DNA of 63,748 nucleotides, counting the filler, from a bacterium (GTDB taxonomy: Bacteria > JAJRZV01): assembly GCA_024275095.1 (NCBI GenBank). It is 6 parts of 6 records of this genome, joined end to end, with 100 filler letters (N's around TTAATTAATTAA, not from the genome) between each part and the next. Parts side by side here need not be neighbours in the genome. Positions count along the whole stretch, not along the records: positions 46,058 to 52,416 come from JAJRZV010000003.1; positions 52,517 to 63,748 come from JAJRZV010000067.1; 4 more parts are not named here. One strand, given 5' to 3'. A program made the position numbers and the translations under genes. Shown here piece by piece: positions 49,944 to 60,573 of this stretch (positions are counted from its first letter, which is position 1; every line of letters begins with the position of its first letter). The notes beneath the pieces were generated by a model. That model made no database searches and was not told the origin of the DNA. It saw nothing but the letters and a program-made list of their open reading frames with translations.

Positions 49944-51169
49944 ACGTATTTAATCGCCTCCACCGGCTGGAGTCTGGATACTTTGTAGGCTGGGTAAAGA
50001 GACGCCAGCACAGCCACCAGAAAGATAACCCCCACAGAGCTTGTCACGTGATACAGGCTGTCAGCCGTGAAATAGGGATAAAGCACCTTGGGCATTGCAA
50101 ACATTTCCATAATGTCTGAAAAATTGCTCAAATCAATACCCACATGATTGAAATATACACTGAGAAGAATTCCGAGACCCATGCCAGCGGCGACCCCTAT
50201 TAAATTGAGCATTATTGATTCCAACACCACCATCCGAAAAATCATTCCCATATCAGCACCCATGGCATGCATAATTCCAAACTCGCGTGTTCGCTCGGTA
50301 ACAGACATGAGGATCGTATTCATCACGCCGAACCCTGCGATGATGGTCACAATAATCAGTATGAGGTACATGCTCGCATTATCCATTTCGATGCCCTGGT
50401 AGAGAAAAGGCATGATGTCCTTCCAGGTGAGAACCTCGTACTGTTTACCAAGCTGAGCCTGCAACTCTTTTTTTATTTCGTCGCTTTTGCGCAGGTCTTT
50501 CAACTTCAACGCAAACTCGTGAATGCCTGTAAGATAGAGCATGGAAGCCACTCCTTCGATGTGAGCAATCATTGCACCGCTGTTCAGTTCGGTAACGCTG
50601 AAATCTACAATCCCGCGCACACGAAATGCCTCTGCTCCGAGTGAGCCATCTGCTGCCTGCGAAAGAAGTACCACTTTGTCTCCAACGCCGACGTTGAGAT
50701 TTTCAGCCAGTATTTTCCCCAAAAGAACACCCTTTACATCGTCAGGTTTCAAATACTCACCGGTGATGACACGGTCGTAAAAGTATGTAACCTTCATTTC
50801 CTGCTCCGGCTTAACGGCAAGAACCATCACCCCTGCGGAATCTTCAGCGCTGGAGGCGAGAGCATATGTCTTTATCCTTTCAGAAATACCCGATATCTCG
50901 GGATGGGAGGCAATAACTTTGCGAACGGTGTCAACATCCTGGATGGTGTCTTCAAGAGCCGGGTTTTTGGCAAATCCTTTTTTGTGTATCTGAATTTCTC
51001 CAGGGAGCACATCGCACGAAAGTCGTATTACCTGTTCGTGCACGCCGTCTATAAGCGCCCAGAAAAAGACCAGGGATGCCACACCCACGGCTATGGCCGC
51101 AACGGTGATGAGAGAACGCCTGGGATTGCGCCAGGTATTGCGCCACGTCAGTTTCAGAATAAGGCTCAC
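49940..51169 (-). CDS. ABC transporter permease (LolE/FtsX-like)
   Basis: RN.WRNPRRS, NT.LMSV.ERTREFG, YPA...SRL.PVEA. Confidence 0.9.
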   Translation of the reverse strand: MSLILKLTWRNTWRNPRRSLITVAAIAVGVASLVFFWALIDGVHEQVIRLSCDVLPGEIQIHKKGFAKNPALEDTIQDVDTVRKVIASHPEISGISERIKTYALASSAEDSAGVMVLAVKPEQEMKVTYFYDRVITGEYLKPDDVKGVLLGKILAENLNVGVGDKVVLLSQAADGSLGAEAFRVRGIVDFSVTELNSGAMIAHIEGVASMLYLTGIHEFALKLKDLRKSDEIKKELQAQLGKQYEVLTWKDIMPFLYQGIEMDNASMYLILIIVTIIAGFGVMNTILMSVTERTREFGIMHAMGADMGMIFRMVVLESIMLNLIGVAAGMGLGILLSVYFNHVGIDLSNFSDIMEMFAMPKVLYPYFTADSLYHVTSSVGVIFLVAVLASLYPAYKVSRLQPVEAIKYV

Positions 51170-51947
51170 CGACTTCTTCCTTTCAGGGCTTTCAGAGAAA
51201 AGCGTGAGGCAGGAATTTTTACGTTAAATTTCACGTCCTGAATGCTGAGCACTGTTTCGTATCCTTTTTTCTTCACCGGGATCATTCGCATGATCGTCGG
51301 TATGAGACGCCCCCCATTTTGCGCACACGCTCAAAAGTCATATAACGTATTAATTCTCCTCGTTCGTTATAGTATTCAGCTCTGACAGGAATGTGGCCTG
51401 GAATTTTCAGCGTATAAACAATCTTCCCCCACACCACCGGAGCATCCGGCTTGGGTGTAAGTTGAAGTGTGTATGTTGTGTACTTCCCGCGTCTCTTTCT
51501 TTCAAGAATGGTTTTGTCATAATCACGAGAAATGGACGACTCTTTCACGAGGTCATCATTTGTAAAATCGCTTCCCATCCAGGAGTTCATCATCATGGAA
51601 GGAGGAATTCGGATAATACGTTCAACACGGGGGATGTACATCCACATATCGTTTTTCAGTTTGAGAAACGCCGTACCTCTGTCACGGACAGGCTCTTCAA
51701 TCACCACAAAAGATTTATCCCCTTCTCGCTGGTCCCAGAACCGTATGGTGTAACGTCTCGTCCACGAGGGACGGGTAACAATCATGGTATAGGTGCCTGT
51801 GCTGGTAAGACCCCGAAGAAGGTCTTCTGCCTTTTGTACCAGGTCTTCTGCTGTTTCAGCCCGGGCAATTCCCGTCAGAAACCATGCAAGTATAATTATC
51901 CCGGCCGCTCGTTCAGTAAAATGCTGACATTTTGAAAAAATACGCAT
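51166..51947 (-). CDS. LolA-like outer-membrane lipoprotein-sorting protein, frameshifted at a G6 run (51310-51315)
   Basis: GTAFLK, WMYIP, SWMGSDFTNDD. One extra G restores MGGRLIPT...FSLKALK, ending in a GTGA overlap with the permease. Confidence 0.8.
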
Positions 51948-52416
51948 CGCCCATCCACCAGAATTCGGTTCCCTTCTTACCCGCTGGAATTATAGCTCCT
52001 GCACTGATCTCCATAAACTGAAAAGGAATCCACTCCGCAACAGGGAAAAAAACACAGCTGTTATCATTCAGGTTCACCTCGAATCCCAGGGAAAGTGTAA
52101 TCGGATAGTTCAGAGACTTGCTGATATATAAAGCCGCGTAATGGCGGCCCAAGGAACCAGTGCCCGGAGGACGGCTGAAAAATTGAGTCAACACTTTCAA
52201 TTGTGAGAATCCAGAGGTAGAGTATGAACTGAGAATCTGATTAAACGGGTATTTATCCGATGATGTAAAACCGTCTGTGTAGTTAAGAAAATACTCGAGA
52301 ATGAGATCGAAACCCTCTTCCAAGCCCCTATCGTATCCCAGCAGAAGCTTGAATCTCTTCTCAGGAACAATCAGGTCCGCCCTGAGCACCCCTTCAAAAA
52401 GGTTAAAAGCGACCGA
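51913..52416 (-). CDS. Hypothetical (probably outer-membrane) protein, C-terminal part
   Basis: Frame open from the contig end; beta-strand pattern; ends G..GTEF...AFY. Confidence 0.55.
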   Translation of the reverse strand, partial: SVAFNLFEGVLRADLIVPEKRFKLLLGYDRGLEEGFDLILEYFLNYTDGFTSSDKYPFNQILSSYSTSGFSQLKVLTQFFSRPPGTGSLGRHYAALYISKSLNYPITLSLGFEVNLNDNSCVFFPVAEWIPFQFMEISAGAIIPAGKKGTEFWWMGDAYFFKMSAFY

Positions 52417-52516
52417 NNNNNNNNNNNNNNNNNNNNNNNNNNNNNNNNNNNNNNNNNNNNTTAATTAATTAANNNNNNNNNNNNNNNNNNNNNNNNNNNN
52501 NNNNNNNNNNNNNNNN
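52417..52516. other. Artificial contig linker
   Basis: N run with TTAATTAATTAA. Confidence 0.98.
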
Positions 52517-52978
52517 AAAGGTTTTGGCCACCACGTTGGCAAAAACAGCAACAACAAGAATCAGTGCAAAAAATGTAAAACCAGCAAATAGTAATTTGCC
52601 TCTCCGACCAATAAACCGTTCCACAAGTTCTCCAATGCTGCGTCCATCGTGCCGAAGCGACGCCACAAGAGATGTAAAGTCGTGTACTGCTCCTACGAAC
52701 ACACATCCCACGAGAATCCATATAAATGCCGGGAGCCAGCCGTATTTAACAGCAAGCACGGGACCGACAATAGGTCCTGCTCCCGCAATGGAAGCAAAAT
52801 GATGGCCCATGATCACACTGAGCCGTCCAGGTACGTAATCCACACCATCTCTCAAACGATGTGCCGGTGTTTCGTTTGAGTCATCCAGCCGGAAATATTG
52901 CGTAAGGTAGCGACCATAAAAAATGTATGCCCCGAGAAAAATTACAATTCCTATGCCGATCAAACCCGAAACAGTCAT
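52517..52978 (-). CDS. cstA: Carbon starvation protein A (3' truncated)
   Basis: TPAH...DGVDYVP, GHHFASIAGAGPIVGP, GAVHD. Confidence 0.92.
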
Positions 52979-52979
52979 T

Positions 52980-54794
52980 TTACTTTCCCCTGTGAAAATA
53001 ACTATATATTTTCTCAGCCGTTTTGTCGCCTATTCCGTGTAAAGATTTAAGTTCCTTCAAGGACATGTCCCTCAACTTTTTCACAGAACCAGTTTGAAGA
53101 ATAATCGAACGGGCTGTTTCAGGACCAACGCCCGGAATGGAAAGAAGTTCGGAATGTGTTTTTACCTTCATATCAAGTTTGCGAAGATACGACAATGCGA
53201 ATCTGTGCGCCTCGTCGCGAAGGTGTCTCAATAGTGCAAGAATACACAATGCTCTACCCTCGAGTAGCACTTTTCCATCAGCCAGATGAATTGTCTCAGG
53301 ACCGAATTTCTCAACCGGCTTGGACAGTGCTACAGCCGACACGCGCGAGCCAAGTCCAGCGGCTTCCAAACACTGAAGAGCCACGTTCAAATGCCCACGT
53401 CCTCCATCAATAAGAATCAGGTCGGGGAGAGAATCTTCGGCAATACCCCTGCGCAGCCTTCGAGACAGGATTTCCCTCATCGCTGCATAATCGTCCAGTT
53501 CTTTCTTTTGCACCCGATACCGCCTGTAAAGTTCCCTTCTCAAAATGCCGTGTATCATTGCCACAGACGAACCTACAACAAGGCTGGCACCATAGCGTGA
53601 AATGTCAAAGGCTTCCACCCATGCTGGAGCGCGGGGCAGGTGCAATACCTTTGCCACTTCATCACCCTGCCATTCAGTTTCCTGAGCACGAACCGTCAAC
53701 GCCATTTCTGCATTTTTTAAAGCCGCTTTCATAACTTCGGACATCGGCTCCGTGCGTGCACTGACAATGCGTACACGTCGTCCCTTTAAGTGCGTGAGGA
53801 AGTTTTCCAAATCGTTTTTTTCCTTTAAATTCCGGTTGAGGTAAATTTTATCCGGCAGAAACCGGCCAGCAGAATAATATGAGCGTATAAAATCAGAAAC
53901 AACTTCCTCCTCTGAACAAGCATGACCTGTATCAGTATATCTGTATACATTGGTCATCACTCCACTTCTGTAACTCACCACCGCCGCCGCGATTTCAGTC
54001 CCCTGAAAAACAAAAGCAATCACATCGAAATCTTTGCCTTCAGTGCGCTGAAATCCTAAACCTGCCGATATATTCCGTAGGCTGAGAAGGACATCGCGAA
54101 TGGCTGCCGCCTGTTCAAACTCTTCCATCTCTGCTTTCTCACGCATGCGTTGTTCAAGAAGCTTTTCAATATCCTTCAATCCCCTCTTCAAAGCCTTTTC
54201 GGCTTCCCGCACAACACCCATATACTCTTCCTTACTCACCATGCCGGCACACGGTCCGAGACATCGTCCCATTTCGTATTCAATACAGGGCCTTTTCCTG
54301 TGCCGCAGTGTATTGTCAGAACAGGTACGCAACGGAAATACATACTGGAGAAACTCTATCATTCGCCGCGTTCCCGAAGCCGAGGGGAAAGGGCCAAATA
54401 TTACGTTACCCCGGGGATCGGGCCTTCTCAGCTGCCTGATACGCGGCCATGGCGATTTCTTTTCCAGTACGATACAAGTATACGTTTTGTCATCCTTGAG
54501 GCGGACATTGTAGCGTGGATTCAGTTCCTTTATCAGCCTGTCTTCCAGAAAAAGAGCCTCTGCACCATCACTGGTGGGTATAAATTCCGCATCTTCCGTT
54601 TCCTGGTGAATTCGCAATGAAAGGAAACGGCCATCCTCGCCATGGGCGTATGCCTTTACGCGTTCTTTTAAATCAGATGCTTTACCAATGTAAATAACAC
54701 TGCCCGTGCTGTCTCTGAACACATATACACCGGGGCCTTCCGGTGCCCTTTCCACAATTTCCCGCCATTTAGATTTTTCCTGTATGTTTTTCAT
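52980..54794 (-). CDS. uvrC: Excinuclease ABC subunit C
   Basis: PGVY, IYIGKA, PRYN..LKDDK.Y, FEQAA.IRD, PDLILIDGG.GHL, RDEAHRFA, HhH. Confidence 0.95.
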   Translation of the reverse strand: MKNIQEKSKWREIVERAPEGPGVYVFRDSTGSVIYIGKASDLKERVKAYAHGEDGRFLSLRIHQETEDAEFIPTSDGAEALFLEDRLIKELNPRYNVRLKDDKTYTCIVLEKKSPWPRIRQLRRPDPRGNVIFGPFPSASGTRRMIEFLQYVFPLRTCSDNTLRHRKRPCIEYEMGRCLGPCAGMVSKEEYMGVVREAEKALKRGLKDIEKLLEQRMREKAEMEEFEQAAAIRDVLLSLRNISAGLGFQRTEGKDFDVIAFVFQGTEIAAAVVSYRSGVMTNVYRYTDTGHACSEEEVVSDFIRSYYSAGRFLPDKIYLNRNLKEKNDLENFLTHLKGRRVRIVSARTEPMSEVMKAALKNAEMALTVRAQETEWQGDEVAKVLHLPRAPAWVEAFDISRYGASLVVGSSVAMIHGILRRELYRRYRVQKKELDDYAAMREILSRRLRRGIAEDSLPDLILIDGGRGHLNVALQCLEAAGLGSRVSAVALSKPVEKFGPETIHLADGKVLLEGRALCILALLRHLRDEAHRFALSYLRKLDMKVKTHSELLSIPGVGPETARSIILQTGSVKKLRDMSLKELKSLHGIGDKTAEKIYSYFHRGK

Positions 54795-54901
54795 GGAGAA
54801 ACTCTGAAATGAAAATTTAATGTCTCTGCGTTTTGACTCTGAAAGAAAACCACATTCACCACAAAGTGGTTATTTGTTCCCAAGGGAAAATTTTTAAAAA
54901 A

Positions 54902-54976
54902 TGGCTGGGGAGCCAGGATTCGAACCTGGACTCGCGGATCCAGAGTCCGCTGTCCTGCCAATTAGACGACTCCCCA
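54902..54976 (-). tRNA. tRNA-Gln (CUG) with encoded CCA
   Basis: TGGGGAG/CTCCCCA acceptor stem, GCGGA-CT-CTG-GA-TCCGC anticodon arm, GGTTCGAATCC. Confidence 0.96.
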
Positions 54977-55276
54977 TTGTTTGTTTTTTATAGCATATGT
55001 TATCCCTTATACTCAACGTCAACCCTTCACATTCATTTTCTTTTTGAATTATCGCAAGTTATATGTGTTGCACAAAGCATCTGTCATCAACACCTGAACT
55101 CTTCCTTCAAAAAACAAAAAAACAGTTCAACGGGCTCAGGGGTGAACCAGGCCTCTTGCAAACTTGTTAAACAGTTCAAAACAAGAATTCTATGAAAAAT
55201 ATTTAATCGGCTTTCAAAAGGTGAAAAAAGTTTTCCTTTCTGATAGTCTTTTCAAGACCTAGTTACAGAGGGGAAA

Positions 55277-56569
55277 ATGGGTCACTTAACAGGAGGCGGA
55301 GTTTATAAAAAACTTCAGGAACGGCTTCATCGTAACCCTGTCGGTGTACCAGCCAGTCCTGCACTCTTTGAAATCCTCAAAATTCTCTATTCCGAAGAAG
55401 AGGCTCATATCGCTTCTCATATGCCTATGAAACCCGCCCGTCTTGAAGAGATTTCAAAAAAATTGAAGCTTCCTCCAGAAAAACTGAAATCCCGACTTGA
55501 TCGTATGGCCGAAAAGGGACTGGTTGTGGATTTTCAACGTGGCGACAGGCATTACTATGTGCTTAACCCCACGGTTGTCGGTTTCTTCGAATTTTCCCTT
55601 ATGCGGGTGAGGGAGGACTTCGATCAGAAACGTCTCGCCGAACTCTACGAAGAATACATGCTCCAGGAATCTGACTTTCCTCGAGAGGTTTTTCAGGGAG
55701 AAACACAAATTGGACGGGTTCTGCCTCACGAAGATGTCCTTGGCGAAGATGTGTACGCCGAAATTCTTTCATGGGAAAAGGCTACTGCGGTAGTGGAAGA
55801 AGCAGGACACTGGTCCATCAGCCTCTGTTACTGCCGGCATAAAGAACAGCACCTGGGCAAGGAGTGTAAGTTCCCCATGGAAATTTGTATGGCACTGGGG
55901 CTCGGAGCAGAATTTATTGCTCGGAGAAAACTTGGTAAAAGCATCAGCAAATCAGGAGCCCTGGATATCCTTGCAATGGGACGGGAATTGGGCCTGGTGC
56001 ACATTGCCGATAACGTGAAACAACGTCCCACTTATATCTGCTCGTGTTGTGGATGCTGCTGCGGGCAGCTCAGGGCCATAAACACGCTGGGAATTGAGGG
56101 GGCCATCGTAACGAGCAATTACATCATGACAATTGACCAGGAAAAATGCGTTGGATGTGGAAGATGTGCCAGGCGATGCCCCGTGCGTGCCATTGTGCTC
56201 AGGGGCACAGGACGCCAGGGAGAACTCAAAGCAGAAGTCGAAGAGGACCTGTGCTTAGGTTGCGGCGTGTGCATTCGTGCATGCGGGAAGGATGCCATGA
56301 AAATGGAGCTCCGGAAACAACGGGTATTTGTGCCAGAAACCACCATTGAGAGAGTAATGATAATGGCTCTGGAACGAGGAAAATTACAGGAACTTATTTT
56401 TGATGGTGACGGCATAAGTGCAAGAGCCCTGCGTGCTCTCACGAAAGCCGTGCTGAGACTCCCTCCTGTCAAGCGGAAAATGGCAGAGGCGCAACTGCGC
56501 TCGCGTTTCATCAGTGCACTCGTGGCAGGTGCTATACGGTTTGACAGAAATGTTCGTGACTCCATATGA
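55277..56569 (+). CDS. 4Fe-4S dicluster protein with extra Cys motifs and an N-terminal winged-helix-like region
   Basis: CVGCGRCARRCP, CLGCGVCIRAC, CYCR, ICSCCGCCC. Confidence 0.85.
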   Translation: MGHLTGGGVYKKLQERLHRNPVGVPASPALFEILKILYSEEEAHIASHMPMKPARLEEISKKLKLPPEKLKSRLDRMAEKGLVVDFQRGDRHYYVLNPTVVGFFEFSLMRVREDFDQKRLAELYEEYMLQESDFPREVFQGETQIGRVLPHEDVLGEDVYAEILSWEKATAVVEEAGHWSISLCYCRHKEQHLGKECKFPMEICMALGLGAEFIARRKLGKSISKSGALDILAMGRELGLVHIADNVKQRPTYICSCCGCCCGQLRAINTLGIEGAIVTSNYIMTIDQEKCVGCGRCARRCPVRAIVLRGTGRQGELKAEVEEDLCLGCGVCIRACGKDAMKMELRKQRVFVPETTIERVMIMALERGKLQELIFDGDGISARALRALTKAVLRLPPVKRKMAEAQLRSRFISALVAGAIRFDRNVRDSI

Positions 56570-56584
56570 GACCCATCAGGCATC

Positions 56585-57457
56585 GTGAAGGCTGAAAAAA
56601 AGTTAAAAAAACAGCAACTCCTACCTATGGTTCTCGCTCTCACAGTGTTTTCAATTTCATGCACTGGCAAAACCCGGAAGCCTCTTTTCTGTCGCGCTGA
56701 CTGGGAAACCGCTGATCTTTCAGCTCCCTACCCTTCAGAGGTCACGGCTGTACTCGTGGAAGAAGGTCAAAAAGTGAAAAAAGGAGAAGTTTTAATCGCA
56801 CTGGACACCTCAGATTTCGCTCGTCAGCGGGATAGTGCAAAGGCTGCACTTAATGCGCTGTATCATCAAATTAGACGACTGCGCATTCTCATACGCCACC
56901 AGGAAAAAAATCTGGCAAAAGTAAAAAATCTCACAAAAATCGGGGGTGCACCTCAGCAAACACTGGAAAATCTACAGGTGCAGCTGGAGGCACTCAGAGA
57001 AGAACTTCTTGCTGCAGAAAGCCAGATGTCTTCCCGGAAGAAAAAAATCTCAATCATTGAGCAGCAAATGATGCGCGGTATGGTCCGGGCACCTGAGAAC
57101 GGCATTGTCTTACGGGTCTTTACCTCGAAAGGTGAAAGAGCCCTGCCAGGCCAGCCCCTCGTACGAATGGGATATCCTCAAAGCGTTGAAGTTTACTGTT
57201 ATGTATCACACGACCTTATGTCAAAGTTAAAGGTTGGTACAAAGGCGAAAATCTTCTCAACCGGCGAAACCGCAACCCTGGGCACCGTCTCTTTCATATC
57301 ACCAGAACCTGAATTTACACCCAGGTATTACATTTCCGACAGTGAACGGGACGTGCTGCATTATATGGTTAAAATAAAGGTTCAGGCACAAGAGCGAGTA
57401 TTCAACATGGGCGAATTTGTTCAGGTGCATTTTCTGTTGCAACATGGCCAGAAGTGA
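56585..57457 (+). CDS. HlyD-family periplasmic adaptor (YbhG-like)
   Basis: VEEGQKVKKG, coiled coil, RAP..G, ISPEPEFTP; possible lipobox SISC. Confidence 0.85.
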   Translation: MKAEKKLKKQQLLPMVLALTVFSISCTGKTRKPLFCRADWETADLSAPYPSEVTAVLVEEGQKVKKGEVLIALDTSDFARQRDSAKAALNALYHQIRRLRILIRHQEKNLAKVKNLTKIGGAPQQTLENLQVQLEALREELLAAESQMSSRKKKISIIEQQMMRGMVRAPENGIVLRVFTSKGERALPGQPLVRMGYPQSVEVYCYVSHDLMSKLKVGTKAKIFSTGETATLGTVSFISPEPEFTPRYYISDSERDVLHYMVKIKVQAQERVFNMGEFVQVHFLLQHGQK

Positions 57458-58400
57458 TATAACCATTCGAGCCGAAGGTCTTACCAAACGTTTCGGTAAT
57501 CTTGTCGCTGTTGATGATGTGAGTTTCACCGTCAGACAGGGGGAGGTTTTCGGCCTTCTCGGCCCTAACGGAGCGGGAAAATCCACCACCATACGCATGT
57601 TATGCGGAATATTGAAACCCACAGCCGGGTACGCCGAAATCGCCGGAATCAACGTGGTGAAAACACCTGAACAGGTAAAACGTACTATCGGATACATGTC
57701 TCAACGGTTCGGGCTTTACGATGACCTTACTGTCCGCGAAAACATACTCTTTTATGCCCGTCTCTATATCGGAAACTGGAAAAAAGCCGCTGAACGAGCA
57801 AACGAGGTTATGGAAAAGCTGGAACTTCATTCATACGCCAACACCACCGCCGGGCAACTTTCAGGCGGCTGGCGACAACGGCTCGCCCTGGCCTGTGCCA
57901 TCACACACAAACCTCCCGTGCTTTTCCTGGACGAGCCCACAGCAGGTGTAGACCCTCTTTCGCGACGGATGTTCTGGGACATCCTCTACGACATGGCTGC
58001 TGAAGGGGTTACGCTGTTTGTTACCACCCACTACATGGAAGAAGCAGAACGCTGCGACACCATAGGCTTTCTATGGCACGGGAAACTCGCTGCACTGGGA
58101 AGTCCTGAAAAGATAAAAAAGACCTCTATACCCGCGGGCGTGTACACCATAAAAGGGGTATCACCTGCAGAAGTGGTAAATACTCTGAAAGGGTTACCCT
58201 TTGTAGCGGAAACAAGTCAGTATGGTTCAGAGGTTCACGTCATTACCAATATCCCGGAAGACGTAACTCACAAAATTCGTGAGCAACTGATGGCAATGGG
58301 ACTAAATCAGGCCAGAGTCGCCCCCTCCGTCCCATCCATTGAAGATGTGTTCATGTATATATCGCATGAAAAGGCAAACAACATAAAGCAAAATGAATAA
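57444..58400 (+). CDS. ABC-2 exporter ATP-binding protein
   Basis: GPNGAGKST, GYMSQRF, LSGG, LDEPTAGVDP, TTHYMEEAE. Confidence 0.93.
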   Translation: MARSDITIRAEGLTKRFGNLVAVDDVSFTVRQGEVFGLLGPNGAGKSTTIRMLCGILKPTAGYAEIAGINVVKTPEQVKRTIGYMSQRFGLYDDLTVRENILFYARLYIGNWKKAAERANEVMEKLELHSYANTTAGQLSGGWRQRLALACAITHKPPVLFLDEPTAGVDPLSRRMFWDILYDMAAEGVTLFVTTHYMEEAERCDTIGFLWHGKLAALGSPEKIKKTSIPAGVYTIKGVSPAEVVNTLKGLPFVAETSQYGSEVHVITNIPEDVTHKIREQLMAMGLNQARVAPSVPSIEDVFMYISHEKANNIKQNE

Positions 58401-59511
58401 CAAACAAATTTCATCATTTCTCAGCAAGGTACTGACATTCGCAATTAAAGAATGGAATCACATACTCCGGGATAGGCGTTCATTCCTGTTAACCCTTATA
58501 TTTCCAGCCTTTATAGTGGTGTTTCTCGGGTATGCAGTTACCTTGGACGTCAACAGGGTCCGTATAGCCGTACTTGACGAAGATGGGGTTGCAGGGAGAC
58601 AACTGGAGAAAAAACTGGAAGGTTCCACAACATTTGAAGTGGTACAGGTTCCAAATCTGCCCGAAGGAATTGAGCTTTTAAAGGAAGGTCACGTCCAGGC
58701 AATACTGCAGGTCCCGCGAGCCTTTAGCAAAAATCTTTTTTTCACCGGAAAATCCATTATCTCTCTGATTGTGGACGGCTCTGATAACAACGCTGCACGT
58801 ATAATCATGGGATATCTTGCTGATTTCGCGGGTAAAGGGTTTTACGCGGTCCGCCACTCACCTCCCCGTAAAACCACGGTAAAATACCTTTTCAATCCAG
58901 CTCTTGACACACGCTTGTTCTTCGTACCGGGTATTATTGCCATTTTTATTTTCATGATGGCAGTAGCCATGACAGCTCTGTCTATTGTTCGTGAAAAAGA
59001 ACAGGGTACTTTTGAAAACATCCTTGTCACACCTGTCCGTCCCATCCACATTTTAACGGGCAAGGTCATCCCCTACCTTCTCATAGGATTCGTCAATTTT
59101 TTTACAGGCATCCTGTGCGCCTACCTCTTTTTCGGCTTTCATGTATATGGTTCATGGGTAGCCATTGCCATTATAGCCCTGTTGTTTGTTGCGTGCGGTG
59201 TGTGTCTAGGGATGCTCCTTTCCACCCTCACAAAAAGTTCGCTTGTGGCATGGTTACTTTCTTTTATTCTTACCTTCCTACCCTCCGTCATTCTTTCAGA
59301 TTTTGTTTTTCCCACACGCAGCATGCCTGGAGTGATCACAGCTGTCAGCTGGCTTGTGCCGACCAAGTACTTTATGCACCTGTTGCGCGACATTTCCATG
59401 AAAGGAGCCCCACTTGATCAACTACTGCATTATGTACTGCCCCTTATGGGATTCACCTTTATATTCATGCTTGTTGCAACCAGAAGGATGAAAAGAGCAC
59501 ACGCATGGTAA
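58393..59511 (+). CDS. ABC-2 exporter permease
   Basis: KE...I.RD, VPG, IVREKEQGT.E, GK.IPY. Confidence 0.9.
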   Translation: MNNKQISSFLSKVLTFAIKEWNHILRDRRSFLLTLIFPAFIVVFLGYAVTLDVNRVRIAVLDEDGVAGRQLEKKLEGSTTFEVVQVPNLPEGIELLKEGHVQAILQVPRAFSKNLFFTGKSIISLIVDGSDNNAARIIMGYLADFAGKGFYAVRHSPPRKTTVKYLFNPALDTRLFFVPGIIAIFIFMMAVAMTALSIVREKEQGTFENILVTPVRPIHILTGKVIPYLLIGFVNFFTGILCAYLFFGFHVYGSWVAIAIIALLFVACGVCLGMLLSTLTKSSLVAWLLSFILTFLPSVILSDFVFPTRSMPGVITAVSWLVPTKYFMHLLRDISMKGAPLDQLLHYVLPLMGFTFIFMLVATRRMKRAHAW

Positions 59512-60572
59512 AAACAATACTTAACGTTGCATGGAAAGAAATCATTCAACTCAAACGTGACCGTCGCGTTTTTCCTATTCTGTTTATTGCCCCGGTAATC
59601 CAGATAATTCTTCTGGGTCTTGCAGCTACATTAGAAGTGAAACACATTCGATGGGTGTTGATTCCAGGGAAAACCCCGGCAGCAACCTTGCAAATAGAAA
59701 AAGTTCTTGCCGAAGGTGAAACCTTCCATTCCCTCGGCATGATAGATTCCTACAATAATGCTTTAAAACTTTTCGAAAGCGATCGCATCGACGCCGCTGT
59801 TGTCGCTGACAACCCCCCGCTCATACTCGTTGATGCCTCCAATGCCAACAGCGCGCGCATAATCGCGGGGTATTTGAAAAAGGCCCTCTCGCCGATCGAG
59901 TTTCCGATTAGAGTTTCATATACTCTGCCCATGCGTGCAGACCTCCGGGTCCACGTGCTCTACAATGAAACCCTGGAGAGCAAAAACTTTATGGTTCCCG
60001 GGGTAATGGTCACCATTCTCATGGTCATGACAATGGTGCTGACGGCTCTATCCATGGTCAGGGAAAAAGAACGCGGCACCATCGAGCAGGTGGTGACAAC
60101 TCCCATCGGGCGCACCGCATTCATCGCCGGTAAAATTGTACCGTATGTAATCATCGGTCTTGCAGAGGCAGGTCTTATCCTTGCGGTTGCGGTATTTCTC
60201 TTGAAAGTTCCATTTCGTGGTTCAGTGGTTACGCTTCTTTTGTTTGCTCTGCTCTTCATGCTCAACACCCTCGGGGCTGGAATGTTCTTCTCCGTAATCT
60301 CTCGAACACAGCAACAGGCCATGCTCACCATTTTCATGACCATTATGCCCATGGTCATTCTTTCGGGGTTTATATTTCCCATTGATAGTATGCCGACTTT
60401 TTATCAATGGCTTGCACAGATTAATCCATTTACTCACTTCGTTAAAGCAAGCCGATATATCTTTCTCCGTGGCTCTGTCTTCAGTGAACTCACCCACGAA
60501 GCAATTGCGCTCGCAACCACCGGCACAATTCTGTTTTCACTGGCGGTTATATTCTTCCGAAAACAAATATAA
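59505..60572 (+). CDS. ABC-2 exporter permease
   Basis: KEIIQL.RD, VREKERGTIEQ, LSGFIFP..SMP. Confidence 0.9.
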   Translation: MVKTILNVAWKEIIQLKRDRRVFPILFIAPVIQIILLGLAATLEVKHIRWVLIPGKTPAATLQIEKVLAEGETFHSLGMIDSYNNALKLFESDRIDAAVVADNPPLILVDASNANSARIIAGYLKKALSPIEFPIRVSYTLPMRADLRVHVLYNETLESKNFMVPGVMVTILMVMTMVLTALSMVREKERGTIEQVVTTPIGRTAFIAGKIVPYVIIGLAEAGLILAVAVFLLKVPFRGSVVTLLLFALLFMLNTLGAGMFFSVISRTQQQAMLTIFMTIMPMVILSGFIFPIDSMPTFYQWLAQINPFTHFVKASRYIFLRGSVFSELTHEAIALATTGTILFSLAVIFFRKQI

Positions 60573-60573
60573 A

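Noticed and set aside
54833-55195. ORFs overlapping tRNAs (also 31887-32108)
   Set aside because: They are translations through tRNA-Gln genes and AT-rich intergenic DNA.
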